Shown here in pieces: positions 10,714-22,632 of a DNA stretch of 34,397 bases. A program made the translations under genes and the position numbers. Each line of letters starts with the position of its first letter. The stretch's first letter is position 1. Under the pieces are notes generated by a model. The model did no database searches. It had not been told where the DNA came from and saw nothing but the letters and a program-made list of their open reading frames with translations. Origin of the DNA: Octopus bimaculoides (Eukaryota); NCBI RefSeq assembly GCF_001194135.2, contig NC_068986.1, forward strand, positions 54,810,495-54,844,891. Direction: 5' to 3'.

Positions 10714-11671
10714 TATTATAAGGAATTGTATGAAAATAATTGTTAAAATAGTTTGTGTATTGTAGAATATAACAATTTTATTGCGGATAAATTTTAACAA
10801 CAAAATCTTGTATGGAGCCCCAAGGGTCATGTGGACCCTGTTTGAATACCATTGATAGTTATGAAGGGAATGATTTTCAATATAGGTCTGCTCAATCAAA
10901 GTTGACTTTGATATAACCAACAGCAACAACTATTATTTGCCTATCTTTCAGTCTAGTTATCAATCTATCAGTTTGTGTATCTATTTATTTCTCAGTTTGT
11001 TTGTCTGCTTGTTGTCTGTCTGCCTGTTGTCTGTCAGTCTGCAGTGTCTGCCTGTTCCATTGTCCTGATGTGCTTTGGTACATATAATTCTGCAAGACTT
11101 GTTTAGTTTTTACTATTGTAGTAATACAAACTGAAAACTATGGCTGTTTGACTCGAGAGGGGCTGGAAGTGCAAACTATGGTGGTGGTTGGGGTGGTGAT
11201 GGGGAAGCGGGGTATCACAGTGTTAATGATGTTAGTGGCATAGTAGACCCTGGTGATGGCGGCAGTGGTGGCTGCAGTGATGGTGATTGTGATAGTGGTT
11301 GTAGTGTGATGTGTCGCCTTGTAGTGCTAGTGGTGTCGATTGTTAAGGTTCAGGTGGTGGTGTTGGTGGTGGTGGTGTCAGTGAAGATGTAGTACTGACT
11401 ATGGTAGTAATGTTGACAGTGGTGTTGGTGGCGGCGGCGATAGCGGATTTGTTTTTGTTTTGAATTGGGTTTTCTTTAGACAATAGTGTTTGCGGTTTGA
11501 ATAATATTCAGCTGCGTTTTGTTGCAAGTCGAGTAACTGTGTAAGCGTCTCAGTGGTCAATTCATTAAGAATTGTAGTTATTGTCGTCCTCGTGGTTTTA
11601 TTTTGTTGTTATTGCTAGTCTTTTTTTTTTTTTTTGCTGGTGGTGGTGGTGGTTAGCCTCCCTGTTATCAT

Positions 11672-11888
11672 TTTCTTTTTCTAGTCTAGGTACAAGGCCC
11701 GAAATTGTGGGGGAGCGGGGCAGTCGATTACATCGACCCCAGTACACAGCTGATACCTAATTTATCGAGCCAGACAGGATGAAAGACAAAGTCGACTTCA
11801 GCGGAATTTGAACTCAGAACATAAAGACAGACGAAATACCGCTAAGCATTTCACCCGGCATGCTAACGTTTCTGCCAGCTCGCCGCCT
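11672..11888 (-). mobile_element. tRNA-derived SINE family A, full length
   Basis: Head AGGCGGCGAGCTGGCAGAAACGTTAGC and B box GAGTTCAAATTCC. Aligns with 24350-24560 and 23794-23891. Confidence 0.88.
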
Positions 11889-11978
11889 AGCCCCCATGTT
11901 ATCTTGACGCAGACATGGTAGGGTGGTTAACAACTGAATGCTCGTCATCGAAACTGACGCAGCAATCATAATCCGGCC

Positions 11979-12016
<38 letters not shown>

Positions 12017-12029
12017 GTGTGTACGTGTG

Positions 12030-12061
<32 letters not shown>

Positions 12062-12254
12062 TGTATGTATGTATGTATGTGTGCATGTATGTCCATACAT
12101 ATTAATCAGACCTATAGAGAAAGATTTTCCTAACCGTAATTACTTGATCCAGTTTATCTCAAGGTCACCTCTGATTGCAGCAGACCCATGATGAAAATCA
12201 TTCCACTTATAACAATCCTGTCTTTCACCTATGTATAGGAACCCAGTGTGAAAA

Positions 12255-12560
12255 CACGTGGCGGAGTGGTTAGGGTAATCGTCTCACGATCGTAAGGTCA
12301 TGAGTTCGATTTCTAGAGGCGCGTTGTGTCCTTGAGTATGACACTTTATTTCACGTTGCTCCTGTCCACTGAGCTGACCAAAATGAGTTGTACCTGTAAT
12401 TCAAAGAGCCGGCTTTGTCACATTCTGTATCATGCTGAATCTCCCTGAGAACTGCATTAAGAGTACACGTGTTTGTGGAATGCTTAGTCACTTGCACGTT
12501 AATTTCACGAGCAGGCTGTTCCGTTGATCGGATCAACTGGAACCTTCGTCGTCGGAGTAC
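12255..12560 (+). mobile_element. tRNA-derived SINE family C
   Basis: A box TGGCGGAGTGG, B box GAGTTCGATT and a CORE-like TTGTGTCCTTGAGTATGACACTT. Aligns with 31517-31815. Confidence 0.85.
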
Positions 12561-12594
12561 CAATATAGGAGCCCAGAACCTCATTACCTAACGC

Positions 12595-12790
12595 AGTGGT
12601 TTTCAACCAGGGCCCACATGGCCCTTGGGGGTCCAACAAGATTTTATCGTTAAAATTTGTCTACAATAAATAGGTTATAATTCTACAATACACAAAATAT
12701 TCAAACAATTATTTTCTTACAATTCCTAATAATATTTAATTATAAAAATATATGATTTTTTTAAAACATCGAATGGCTAGGCGGGTCTAC
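12595..12790 (+). mobile_element. hAT-like element end fragment (uninterrupted copy)
   Basis: Starts CAGTGGTTTTCAACCAGGG, a hAT/Charlie-like terminus. Homologous to 10013-10854. The second TIR was not found. Confidence 0.6.
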
Positions 12791-12989
12791 CTGGTCTTTT
12801 GAGACAGTGTGTTCAGAAATCAATTGTTTTAATGGCTTAGGTCAGAAGAGAAAAGTAAGCCCATGACCAATTTTAGAGCCTCAATGTTGCGAGACGAGAG
12901 AAGAAGTTTACATCAGCTCGGAGACTTGACGTAAGCCATAAAAAAAGGTATTCTTGAATATTCTGTCTGAAAACTAGAGTTACGCCCGC

Positions 12990-13303
12990 AGAGTATAAGC
13001 CCCTGGTAAAGTTTCCTATGCAGGACTGATCAAGGTATAGAGGACAGAGTAATATGAACCACCTCTTTCTAGATGTAAAAATGGGTTTTGGGTAAGGACA
13101 ACACCCCTACCTAGAAAAAGTTGTAGAGTAACAGAAGTTTCGACGACAATTCAAAATCATCAATACTTGAGAGAGGAAGGATTTCCCTCGGAGAAACATA
13201 TGAAAAAGCAGGGATCTAACTGAAGTGAAGCAAAACATACAGCCAATAGTCAAGACCAGTGAAGAGAAGTCGTCGATGACCTATGGGAGCGAAGGGTTTA
13301 AGT
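12990..13303 (+). mobile_element. Short RTE-derived element (3' end plus possible 5' UTR)
   Basis: The 3' part translates as MKKQGSN*SEAKHTANSQDQ*REVVDDL and ends GGAGCGAAGGGTTTAAGT, like RTE termini. The upstream part resembles RTE 5' UTRs from memory only. Confidence 0.5.
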
Positions 13304-13429
13304 TATACTGAAACGTAAGCCGAATACTTTTGACTGTATCCCGCTAAAAGCATCAAAGGGACAGATAATGATGTCATTAAACCATATGGCCGATTAAGTC
13401 CACCACTCATGAACAAGAATATTCCCGTC

Positions 13430-13720
13430 CTCCAGTGGGCTTCCAATAGTTTCCGTTTACCGAATTTCGTACACAAGGTTTTGGTCGACCTCGATGCTGC
13501 GACAAAAGATCTAAGGATACCACACACTGATATATTTTCCCAAGAGCAGACAACTAAAGGGTTTCCACTCAGTTTCTGTTTAATCAAATTATGCACACAA
13601 AGGTTTGGTTGACCTCAATGCTATGACAGACGATACATCACCAAAATGTCGTGCAATGAGATCGAAAGCTAAACCGTTTAGCTGCACGGCTAACTTCTTA
13701 ACCCTCACACAGCCTTGTTT
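13430..13720 (-). mobile_element. Two degenerate tandem fragments of the SINE family B head
   Basis: TTTCCGTTTACCGAATTTCGTACACAAGGTTTTGGTCGACC and CAGTTTCTGTTTAATCAAATT...AAGGTTTGGTTGACC resemble 17045-17100. Confidence 0.5.
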
Positions 13721-13961
13721 GCGTCCATTATCCAATGTGTCTTTGTTTTATTAAGATATTAAGGGTGTGAACTGGTTGCTATCTCTAGCATCCCGAACGA
13801 CTGCACAGAATGCTTTTTCGTTGGTTCGTAGTGATGGTGGCACTTAACCGTTCTGAAATTAATCGTGTTCGGATAAAAATGAACAAGGCAAAAGCATGAA
13901 TAAGCAAACATATTCATTGACTTTTACGTTCTCAGAATCTAGTCTCTACCACTCTCTCCCT

Positions 13962-14003
<42 letters not shown>

Positions 14004-14594
14004 AGTCTCTCCCTCTCTCGTTCGCTCTCGCTCGCTCACTCTCACTTTCTTTTTCTCTTTCTACCTGCCTACCTACTTACCTATCTCTCTATCTATATAA
14101 CCATCTATCTCCATCCTCCATCTTCTTGCTCTTTCCCTTTTTTCTCTTATATTTACACTCTTTCTCTTCTGCCTCTCTCTTATTTCATACCTTTTTCTTC
14201 CTTTATTTCGCTCTCTTTCTTTCATGTATATGTGCATATATGTGTGTGTGCATGTATGTGTGTTATTACATTTGTCTTTCGGCCCTTATTCCTTCTTTCC
14301 TTTCTTTCTTTCTTTCTTTCTTTGTTTCTATCCTTTTTTTCTTCTATTCTCTTTATCTTCCTCTCCTTTCTTCCATCTTCTTTTGTTTTTCATCTTTATT
14401 TCTTTTCTTCTTCTTCCGCTTTATTTATCTATCTAATTTATTCACTTGTTTGTGTATTTGATGGCCAGTTACAACGTTAAATGGAAAGGCGTTTTCATTA
14501 GCATTTTATGTGAAGAGGTTTTGCAGTTACCATGTTCACTGAGTCTCTCCCAGTAACAGCCGTCAACTACCTCTTGCTGATATATATATATGTA

Positions 14595-14626
<32 letters not shown>

Positions 14627-15611
14627 NNNNNNNNNNNNNNNNNNNNNNNNNNNNNNNNNNNNNNNNNNNNNNNNNNNNNNNNNNNNNNNNNNNNNNNNNN
14701 NNNNNNNNNNNNNNNNNNNNNNNNNNNNNNNNNNNNNNNNNNNNNNNNNNNNNNNNNNNNNNNNNNNNNNNNNNNNNNNNNNNNNNNNNNNNNNNNNNNN
14801 NNNNNNNNNNNNNNNNNNNNNNNNNNNNNNNNNNNNNNNNNNNNNNNNNNNNNNNNNNNNNNNNNNNNNNNNNNNNNNNNNNNNNNNNNNNNNNNNNNNN
14901 NNNNNNNNNNNNNNNNNNNNNNNNNNNNNNNNNNNNNNNNNNNNNNNNNNNNNNNTTCATAAGATCTTCTTCTGACAAATGACTCTAGTCGTAAAAAAAC
15001 CGTTCTCAAAAGTAATCGTGATATTTATTCATTTTATATCTGTACGTTTATGCTAAACAACAGTATTTTCGTTGAATTGTCTGGGTGTGGATCTCTTTCT
15101 TACGTGTGTGCCTGCGCACGTGTGTGTGTGTTTGTGTGTGTTTAGTGTCTGTGTAGTATGCGAAAGTTGGTGTATACGTATGTGTATATGGTTATATGTT
15201 TGCATATATGCGTTACTCGTCTTGTGAGTATATGTGTTTCTGTGTTTCTGTGTTTCTATGCAAAAGCATTTTTTTTCTCGCCTTGGAGTTGTTGATGATG
15301 TATGAATGTTTAAATGAACGGCCGCATGTGTGTGTGTGTGTGTGTATGTGTCTGTGTGAACGTATGTAACTGTGTATACTTATGTATGTATGTGTGCATG
15401 TATGTCCATACATATTAATGTGTATGTATGTATGTGCAAGCATAAATATCTGTAAAATTTGTATGTATAACAGTTTATTTATTTGTTTATTTATTGGCAA
15501 GAACACGTTTTGCAATGCATTTATATTTTCTCTGGCTAGTTTTATTTCTGTACTTATACGCACATGCTGGTGAGTATTTATGTGTTTGTCAGAGAAACTA
15601 TTTGCAAACAT

Positions 15612-15740
<129 letters not shown>

Positions 15741-16559
15741 TGTATGTATGCGCATGAGTAAGTCTGTGGGCGAATATTACCGTATAAAGTTATTTGGCAC
15801 ATGGCTTCATTGAAACACTACCCCAATGTAGAAAAAACAGAAAAATATACGAAAAATATAAGAAAAATGGAAACAGACAGACACCCTGTTTGTACCCCTA
15901 TACAGGACTATTTACCCATATACAACCAGGTCAGATGACGAGACTTAAATTCGGATATTTTCCCTTTTCTTTATTATTTATTTTGCCTCATATGCCGTCG
16001 CACTGAGATACTTCTTTTTTTAATTGGCGAATCGTATACAACTTGCTAAACTTAGATAACAATAAACATGATATTAAATAGATTTTTGGCCCTAACGCAC
16101 GCCGTAACTCTTGGCCCAGAAAATTCTAAAGGTCGACAATACGCCAATATTCTCAAAACAATTCTAGTTCTTAATAGCCAGAAGTATTTCATCAGTAGTT
16201 AATTTAAAATGACCTCTGACATACTTTTGGCGGATTAACTTGGGCTAATATTTATTAAAGCAGCTTATTCAATGATATATTAGCATGTGTAATTCAATTT
16301 ATATATAGGAGGAATCGTTTTATTTCCGCTTTAGTTTTAATATCTCTATTTGTATGTTATTGTTGTTGTTGTTGTTGCTACTGCTGCTTAGTCCTACGTT
16401 TGCCCTGTTACTGGCAAACAGAGATGCAAACATAGATACGATTAAACGTGTTCCAGACATGGCCATTCCACCTTTTATTACACATATAACATTATTCAAA
16501 ATGTCCTTTTTAAGACGAAATGTGTGTGTGTGTGTGTGTGCGTGTAAGCGTATTATGTA

Positions 16560-16762
16560 TTCTTTTACTCTTTTATTTGTTTCAGTCATTTGACTGCGGC
16601 TATGTTGGAGCACCGCCTTTAGTTGAGCAAATCGAACCCAGGACTTATTCTTTGTAAGCCTAGTACTTATTCTACCGGTCTTTTTTGCCGAACCGCTGAT
16701 TCACGGGGACGTAAACACACCAGCATCTGTTGTCAAGCGATGTGGGGGACAAACGCAGACAC

Positions 16763-16799
<37 letters not shown>

Positions 16800-17191
16800 N
16801 NNNNNNNNNNNNNNNNNNNNNNNNNNNNNNNNNNNNNNNNNNNNNNNNNNNNNNNNNNNNNNNNNNNNNNNNNNNNNNNNNNNNNNNNNNNNNNNNNNNN
16901 NNNNNNNNNNNNNNNNNNNNNNNNNNNNNNNNNNNNNNNNNNNNNNNNNNNNNNNNNNNNNNNNNNNNNNNNNNNNNNNNNNNNNNNNNNNNNNNNNNNN
17001 NNNNNNNNNNNNNNATATATATATATATATATATATATACGACGGGCATCTTTCAGTTTCCGTCTACCAAGGCTTTGGTCGGCCCGAGGCTATAGTAGAA
17101 GACACTTACCCAAGGTGTCACGCAGTGGGACTGAACCCGAAACCATGTGGTTAGTAAGCAAGTTACTTACCACAAAGCCACTCCTGCGCCT
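16560..17191 (-). mobile_element. tRNA-derived SINE family B, head and tail separated by internal (TA)n/gap/(TG)n
   Basis: Head at 17040-17191 (AGGCGCAGGAGTGGC..., GGTTCAGTCCC). Tail at 16560-16765 ends in (AAAGAGT)-type repeats. Aligns with 26677-27535. Confidence 0.88.
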
Positions 17192-17242
17192 GTGTAATGT
17201 AACTATGTATATATGAATGTAACTTTATCTATGTGCGTGTGC

Positions 17243-17281
<39 letters not shown>

Positions 17282-17315
17282 TATGTGTGTGCGTGCGTGT
17301 GTGTGTGTAAATATA

Positions 17316-17511
17316 TACTCTTTTACTCTTTTACTTGTTTCAGTCATTTTGACTGTGGCCATGCTGGAGCACTGCCTTTTAGTCGAGCAAATCGACCCCA
17401 GAACTTATTCTTTGTACTTATTCTATCGGTCTCTTTTGCCGAACCGCTAAGTTACGGGGACGTAAACATGCCAGCATCGGTTGTCAAGCAATGTTGTGGG
17501 GACAAACACAG
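17316..17511 (-). mobile_element. SINE family B, 3' half only
   Basis: Aligns with 16560-16765. Confidence 0.85.
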
Positions 17512-18140
17512 TCTAGTCTCGGCGCTGGAGGTGATGGCGATTTAACTCCCTGCTAGCAATATAGATAAGAATGCATTTTGCACCAAAAACCAATATGAGA
17601 GTTTCTCCCTTGGTATTAACTGCAGTATTGTTTGTTCTAACAGAACATCCATGTTTTAGTGGAGATAAATATTACTTCTCGGTAGTAATACTGCCTCTGT
17701 CACTAATATATACATATATAAACACATACATATGTGCATCTGTGCGCGCGCGCGTGTGTGCGTGCGTATACATAACAAATGAGAGAAACGGAAGATGGAA
17801 TTCAGGAGATTCTTTATTAAACGCAATAATCGTTACGACTCATCTTGTATCGATGTCTAGGAAGTCGATTTCTCTATAAATTAAAATTGATCTATTTAAT
17901 CAACTCCAAAATAGAATGGAACGTGTTCAACAGAAAGTGAAAATAACTTAATATGAATGAACCAACAAAAACAGCAAATTGGCAGAATCGTTAGAACGCC
18001 GGACGAAATTCTACTAAGCATTTGTCCGGCAGAAGATAAAATCCAATGCTACGACAATGCCCATAGACGCCCCCCACACACACACACACAAACAAACAAA
18101 CGCTACACAGAATCATTGTATTTATTTTTTACCGTTTAGC

Positions 18141-18300
18141 TTTTATCTATTTTAGCCTTTGAACTGCGACCATACTGGAGCACTGCCCTGAAGGGTTTAG
18201 AATAAGCACCAGGCTTAGGGTCGATTTGTCCGACAAGAACCCTTCAAGGCGGTGACCCAATATGACCGCAGTCTAATGACTGAAATAAGTAAAAGATAAA
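18141..18300. mobile_element. Two SINE family B 3' ends in inverted orientation
   Basis: 18141-18198 is a minus-strand tail and 18199-18300 a plus-strand tail. The arms are about 75% complementary by eye. Confidence 0.8.
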
Positions 18301-18455
18301 AAAAAAGGACAAACAATGAGTAATAATGATTTCGACATTTTCCTTAGTAATTGACAAGCTCATATTTTCTTGCAGCCGAGCAGAGAATGGAAAGCAATGA
18401 GTTGAGTTTTAAAATGTAAAGCAAGGAAAGTAACGAAACAGCCGAATAGTCTTAC

Positions 18456-18573
18456 CAATTCTTCCGTAAGAAGTAAAACTTAGTGTACAAAAGAGATGCG
18501 GATGGCAATGAGACGGTTTGATAGATCTTGAAGTAATGGCTGCTGTAGATGTTATTGAAATGTGAATAACAAG
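18456..18573 (-). CDS. Candidate internal exon E1 (118 nt), (x)CYSHFNNIYSSHYFKIYQTVSLPSASLLYTKFYFLRKN(W/C), product unknown
   Basis: Acceptor CTGCTTCCTCTCATTGATTCACAG, donor TTG|GTAAGA, and C/T third-position bias in this frame. Confidence 0.55.
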
Positions 18574-19597
18574 CTGTGAATCAATGAGAGGAAGCAGCAT
18601 GTGGGCGCTCGAACTACTAGATATAGCAACTAAATCTTCGTAAAACGAGGCGAAATTATCTTACAGGTGAATGGATTCACTTGATAATCATGGTCGTCCT
18701 AAATACACTATTTCTGAACAAAAATTGATAGCAAGAACATGGGCACTGGAACGCCTATGATTATAGGTCTACATAATGAGAGCTCACTTGAAGCTAAGCG
18801 ACGGCATTTATTAGTGAACTGAAGCAAAAATAAGTAACACTATCCTTCGCTAAGGAGGTTTAATAATACCGAAACAAGTCCGGATTATTCATCGTAGCTA
18901 TCAAAGAGCAGACTCACTCTACACTGCAAACCCTCCCAGTCAAACCTTTTCAAAACCTTCCATTGAAGTTTGTTTTCAAAGTTATCTCCCATACTCTTCT
19001 TCATAATAATTATCAATACTGCTAGTAAATCTTATTTTCACTTCATTTCACTTACATTATCAGATGAGTGGAAAAGTTTTCTCTTTATTAAGTATGTTAG
19101 CTACCAGTTAACTATGCTGAACCAGTTTGATCTTTTTAACTGTAGTACCTCAGTGTAAAATCGTTAGTAATATAGTTGTGAGGAAAACCTCTAAATAACA
19201 TACAAAGTGCTGAATATATTCAATGCCATTGCCGTAAATATCTACTTTAATATGTTCATTGTTTTTATTGATTAGACAACATACTCACCTATAAAAACCG
19301 TTGGATTTATGTACGTATGTATGTAAACATGCATGTATGTACATGCTTCTGTGTGTGTATGTGTGCATGTATTGAGGCAAACATGCATACATGTTACATG
19401 CACATGAATGCGTACACATACATAGATGCATATATATATACATACACGCACACACACAATACACACACACACAATACACACATACACACACACAAACACA
19501 CACACATGCATATATAAGCGTGCACATATTCATACACATATAGACTCATATATATATAGGCATGTGTGTGTGTATATATATATATTATGTATGTATG

Positions 19598-19631
<34 letters not shown>

Positions 19632-19959
19632 TACATATATATGCGTATGCACGCTTATATGCATACATACACGCATGCGATGTTTAGCGAGGTTTCTGCT
19701 TGGTCAAACAGTAAACTGTGTAAAACTGTACGTCCTTCACGCTCCACTGAATTCAGAGACCATCAATAAGATACTGGTCGGTTGTCTTGTCCAACACGGT
19801 TTTGATAGATGAAGAAAACAAGATATAAAACAGTTAGAAAAACATGAAGGCTTGAGAGAATGGTCGGGGATGCGATGAACGTAACGAAAACAAAAGCAAC
19901 AACAATAGTAACAAATATAAAAGAAAAAAATTCCTTTCGAAAACATGGACGCTGAAGCT

Positions 19960-20640
19960 TAGTGGTGCGGCGTGGAAATAGGGTGGCGGGCGGTGTAGGG
20001 TGGCAGTATGGGGATGGGGAAGTCGGTTGTGGTTTTTGTTGTTCAATTTGTTGTTAATTTTTTATGTTTGTCTGCTTGTTGTTCATGTTGTTGTTTAGGG
20101 AGGGATCGGTTGTCATTGATGTTGATGATGATGAATGATGATGATGATAATGAGGAGGAGGAGGAGGAGGAGGAGGAGGAGGAGGAGAAGCAGCAGCAGC
20201 AGGGGAACCAGGAGGAGCAGGTGGAGCAGGAGGAGGTGGCAACGATATTGATGATGATGTTGAGGATGTTGATGATGATGGTAGTGGTGGTAGCGGTTTT
20301 AGTGGTAGTGATGTTAGTGATAGTGGAGGCGGTAATGGTGGTAGTGGTGGTGCTAATGCTGGTGGTGGTGGAGGTGGTGTTTGTGTTGGTGTTGGTGGTG
20401 GTGGTGGTGGTGGTGATGATGATGGTGGTAGTGGTAGGGAAGACGATGATGATGATGAATACGATTATGTGAGGCAATGACATCGGCGACGAAGGCGTCC
20501 GGAGCAAGCAGTAGGAACCGGAGCAACATAATGATGAGGATGATATGGAGGAGGAGGAGGATGAGGAAGATCAGGGGCAGGGGATTGTAATGATGAATCT
20601 GTGTGCGATGATGATTGTCTTTTGTCTTGTTTATATAATG

Positions 20641-20676
<36 letters not shown>

Positions 20677-20770
20677 GTGATGATGGTGGTTGGTGGTGGT
20701 GGTGCTATTTGGTATTTAGATGTATTGGACATCTAAATGTTCCACAGAGATAGTAGTTGTGGTGGTTATA
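19960..20770 (+). repeat. Mosaic trinucleotide low-complexity tract (GAT/GAG/CAG/GTG)
   Basis: Runs of GAT, GAG, GTG and GTA; it gives homopolymeric pseudo-ORFs in several frames. Confidence 0.85.
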
Positions 20771-20819
20771 AAGTTAATAATACTTATAGAAAGTAGTTTT
20801 GATAGTTGCAGTCAAAATT

Positions 20820-21094
20820 GTTGTTTGGTTGGCGGCTTTGTTGGTTGGTTGGCTGGTTGGTTGGTTAGTTGGTTGGTTGGTTGGTTGATTAGTTGGTTGG
20901 TTGTTTTCTTGTTGTTGGCAGATTGGTTGATCAGTTAGTTGATTGTTTGGTTGGTTGATTTGTTGTTTGGTTGGTTGGTTAGTTGGCTGGTTGGCTGATT
21001 GGTTGGTTGGTTGGTTGGTTGAATGGTTGGCTGGTTGGTTGGTTGGTTGGTTGGTTGGTTGGTTGGTTGGTTGGTTGGTTGGCTCGTTCGTTCG
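20820..21094 (+). repeat. (GTTG)n tetranucleotide satellite running into a gap
   Basis: Read directly. Confidence 0.95.
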
Positions 21095-21574
21095 NNNNNN
21101 NNNNNNNNNNNNNNNNNNNNNNNNNNNNNNNNNNNNNNNNNNNNNNNNNNNNNNNNNNNNNNNNNNNNNNNNNNNNNNNNNNNNNNNNNNNNNNNNNNNN
21201 NNNNNNNNNNNNNNNNNNNNNNNNNNNNNNNNNNNNNNNNNNNNNNNNNNNNNNNNNNNNNNNNNNNNNNNNNNNNNNNNNNNNNNNNNNNNNNNNNNNN
21301 NNNNNNNNNNNNNNNNNNNNNNNNNNNNNNNNNNNNNNNNNNNNNNNNNNNNNNNNNNNNNNNNNNNNNNNNNNNNNNNNNNNNNNNNNNNNNNNNNNNN
21401 NNNNNNNNNNNNNNNNNNNNNNNNNNNNNNNNNNNNNNNNNNNNNNNNNNNNNNNNNNNNNNNNNNNNNNNNNNNNNNNNNNNNNNNNNNNNNNNNNNNN
21501 NNNNNNNNNNNNNNNNNNNNNNNNNNNNNNNNNNNNNNNNNNNNNNNNNNNNNNNNNNNNNNNATTATATGGCT

Positions 21575-21622
<48 letters not shown>

Positions 21623-21630
21623 ATATATAT

Positions 21631-21789
21631 ACGACGGGCTCCTTTCAATTTCATTCAATCAAATCCACTCACAAGGCTTTAGTCGGCCCGATGCTATAGT
21701 GGAAGACACTTGCCCGAGGCGTCACGCAATGGGACTGACCTCGAAACCATGTGGTTGGGAAGCAAGCTTCTTACCACACAGCCACGCCT
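21631..21789 (-). mobile_element. SINE family B head followed by (TA)n and a gap
   Basis: Aligns with 17040-17191. Confidence 0.85.
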
Positions 21790-22046
21790 GTGTATATATA
21801 TTCAATCATCCATATTTAACCGTGTAAAAGTGTGCGAACATTTATATGAAGGCTTTGATAATGGGAAGCATAACTTTATGTATCAGTAGTTTATATTCTT
21901 TTAAAAGTAAGTTACATGAACTGTCTTTTGAGCTTTTTTCTATTGCAGATTATGGCATTATTAATAGTTATTTCAACAGCGACTGATCTTAACATAGCTG
22001 TCTCTCGAACTCATCCCCGTCTACTGTGGCAAGCGTTAGAACCTGA

Positions 22047-22122
<76 letters not shown>
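22047..22122 (+). repeat. (ATT)n microsatellite, about 25 units; tail or target of the adjacent LINE
   Basis: Read directly. Confidence 0.95.
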
Positions 22123-22614
22123 TTCATTAACATCTTCTTTCAATTTTTTCTATTTCTTGCCGAGTGTCTTCCTGACACCTAGGACAGAGAAACGTACGGT
22201 ATACATTAGTAGGCCATTAAAACAAGCACACCAGATTGTTCATTTACAAAGTCATGTTATAGAGATAAAGGAAAAAAATAAAAATTAGAAAAGTAAACAA
22301 ATAAAATAAAAGGGGTGAAAAGGAGAGAGATTTCACAGCGACAATGCTCTTCTCAATACGTGTGACGTAGCACTTAAGGCAATATTTTGCACTTCCTGCA
22401 TGGATGGCAAGACAGGGATCATTCTTAAATAATTTTCAGTTCCTTTTTTGATCATTCTAAGTGCTCCTACAATCACTGATATTGCAACCGTCGTAAGATG
22501 CCACATCTTTTCGATTTCGATTAGCAAATCTTTATATTTTCTGAGCTTATCAAATTCTTTTGCCGAGATATTATGGTCATAGGATATACTCATGTCAATC
22601 AATAAACAGACTGT
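22123..22614 (-). mobile_element. R4/Dong-type (RLE) non-LTR retrotransposon, 3' fragment A with 3' UTR
   Basis: Translates as TVCLLIDMSISYDHNISAKEFDKLRKYKDLLIEIEKMW...VIVGALRMIKK...QNIALSATSHVLRRAL*, the C-terminus of the restriction-like endonuclease domain. Flanked by (TAA)n on both sides. Confidence 0.85.
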
Positions 22615-22632
22615 ATTATTATCATTATTATT

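Larger units (their letters stand above)
10013..10854 (-). mobile_element. hAT-like non-autonomous element fragment, interrupted by an RTE insertion at 10089-10713
   Basis: 10013-10088 plus 10730-10854 align continuously with the copy at 12595-12790. The end reads CAATGGTATTCAAACAGGG on the minus strand. Confidence 0.6.

Noticed and set aside
12255-12325. tRNA gene
   Set aside because: A and B boxes are present, but there is no cloverleaf and it continues into a SINE body repeated at 31517-31815.
19712-19812. Plus-strand VNCVKLYVLHAPLNSETINKILVGCLVQHGFDR* as a terminal exon
   Set aside because: Somewhat coding-like, but the acceptor is mediocre, there is no recognisable homology and no phase link to exon P.
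20008-20507. ORFs of 154 aa with poly-E/Q/V/M/T/S
   Set aside because: Translations of trinucleotide repeats, open in several frames on both strands, with no splice or domain support. The same applies to 27830-28156 and 31950-32411.
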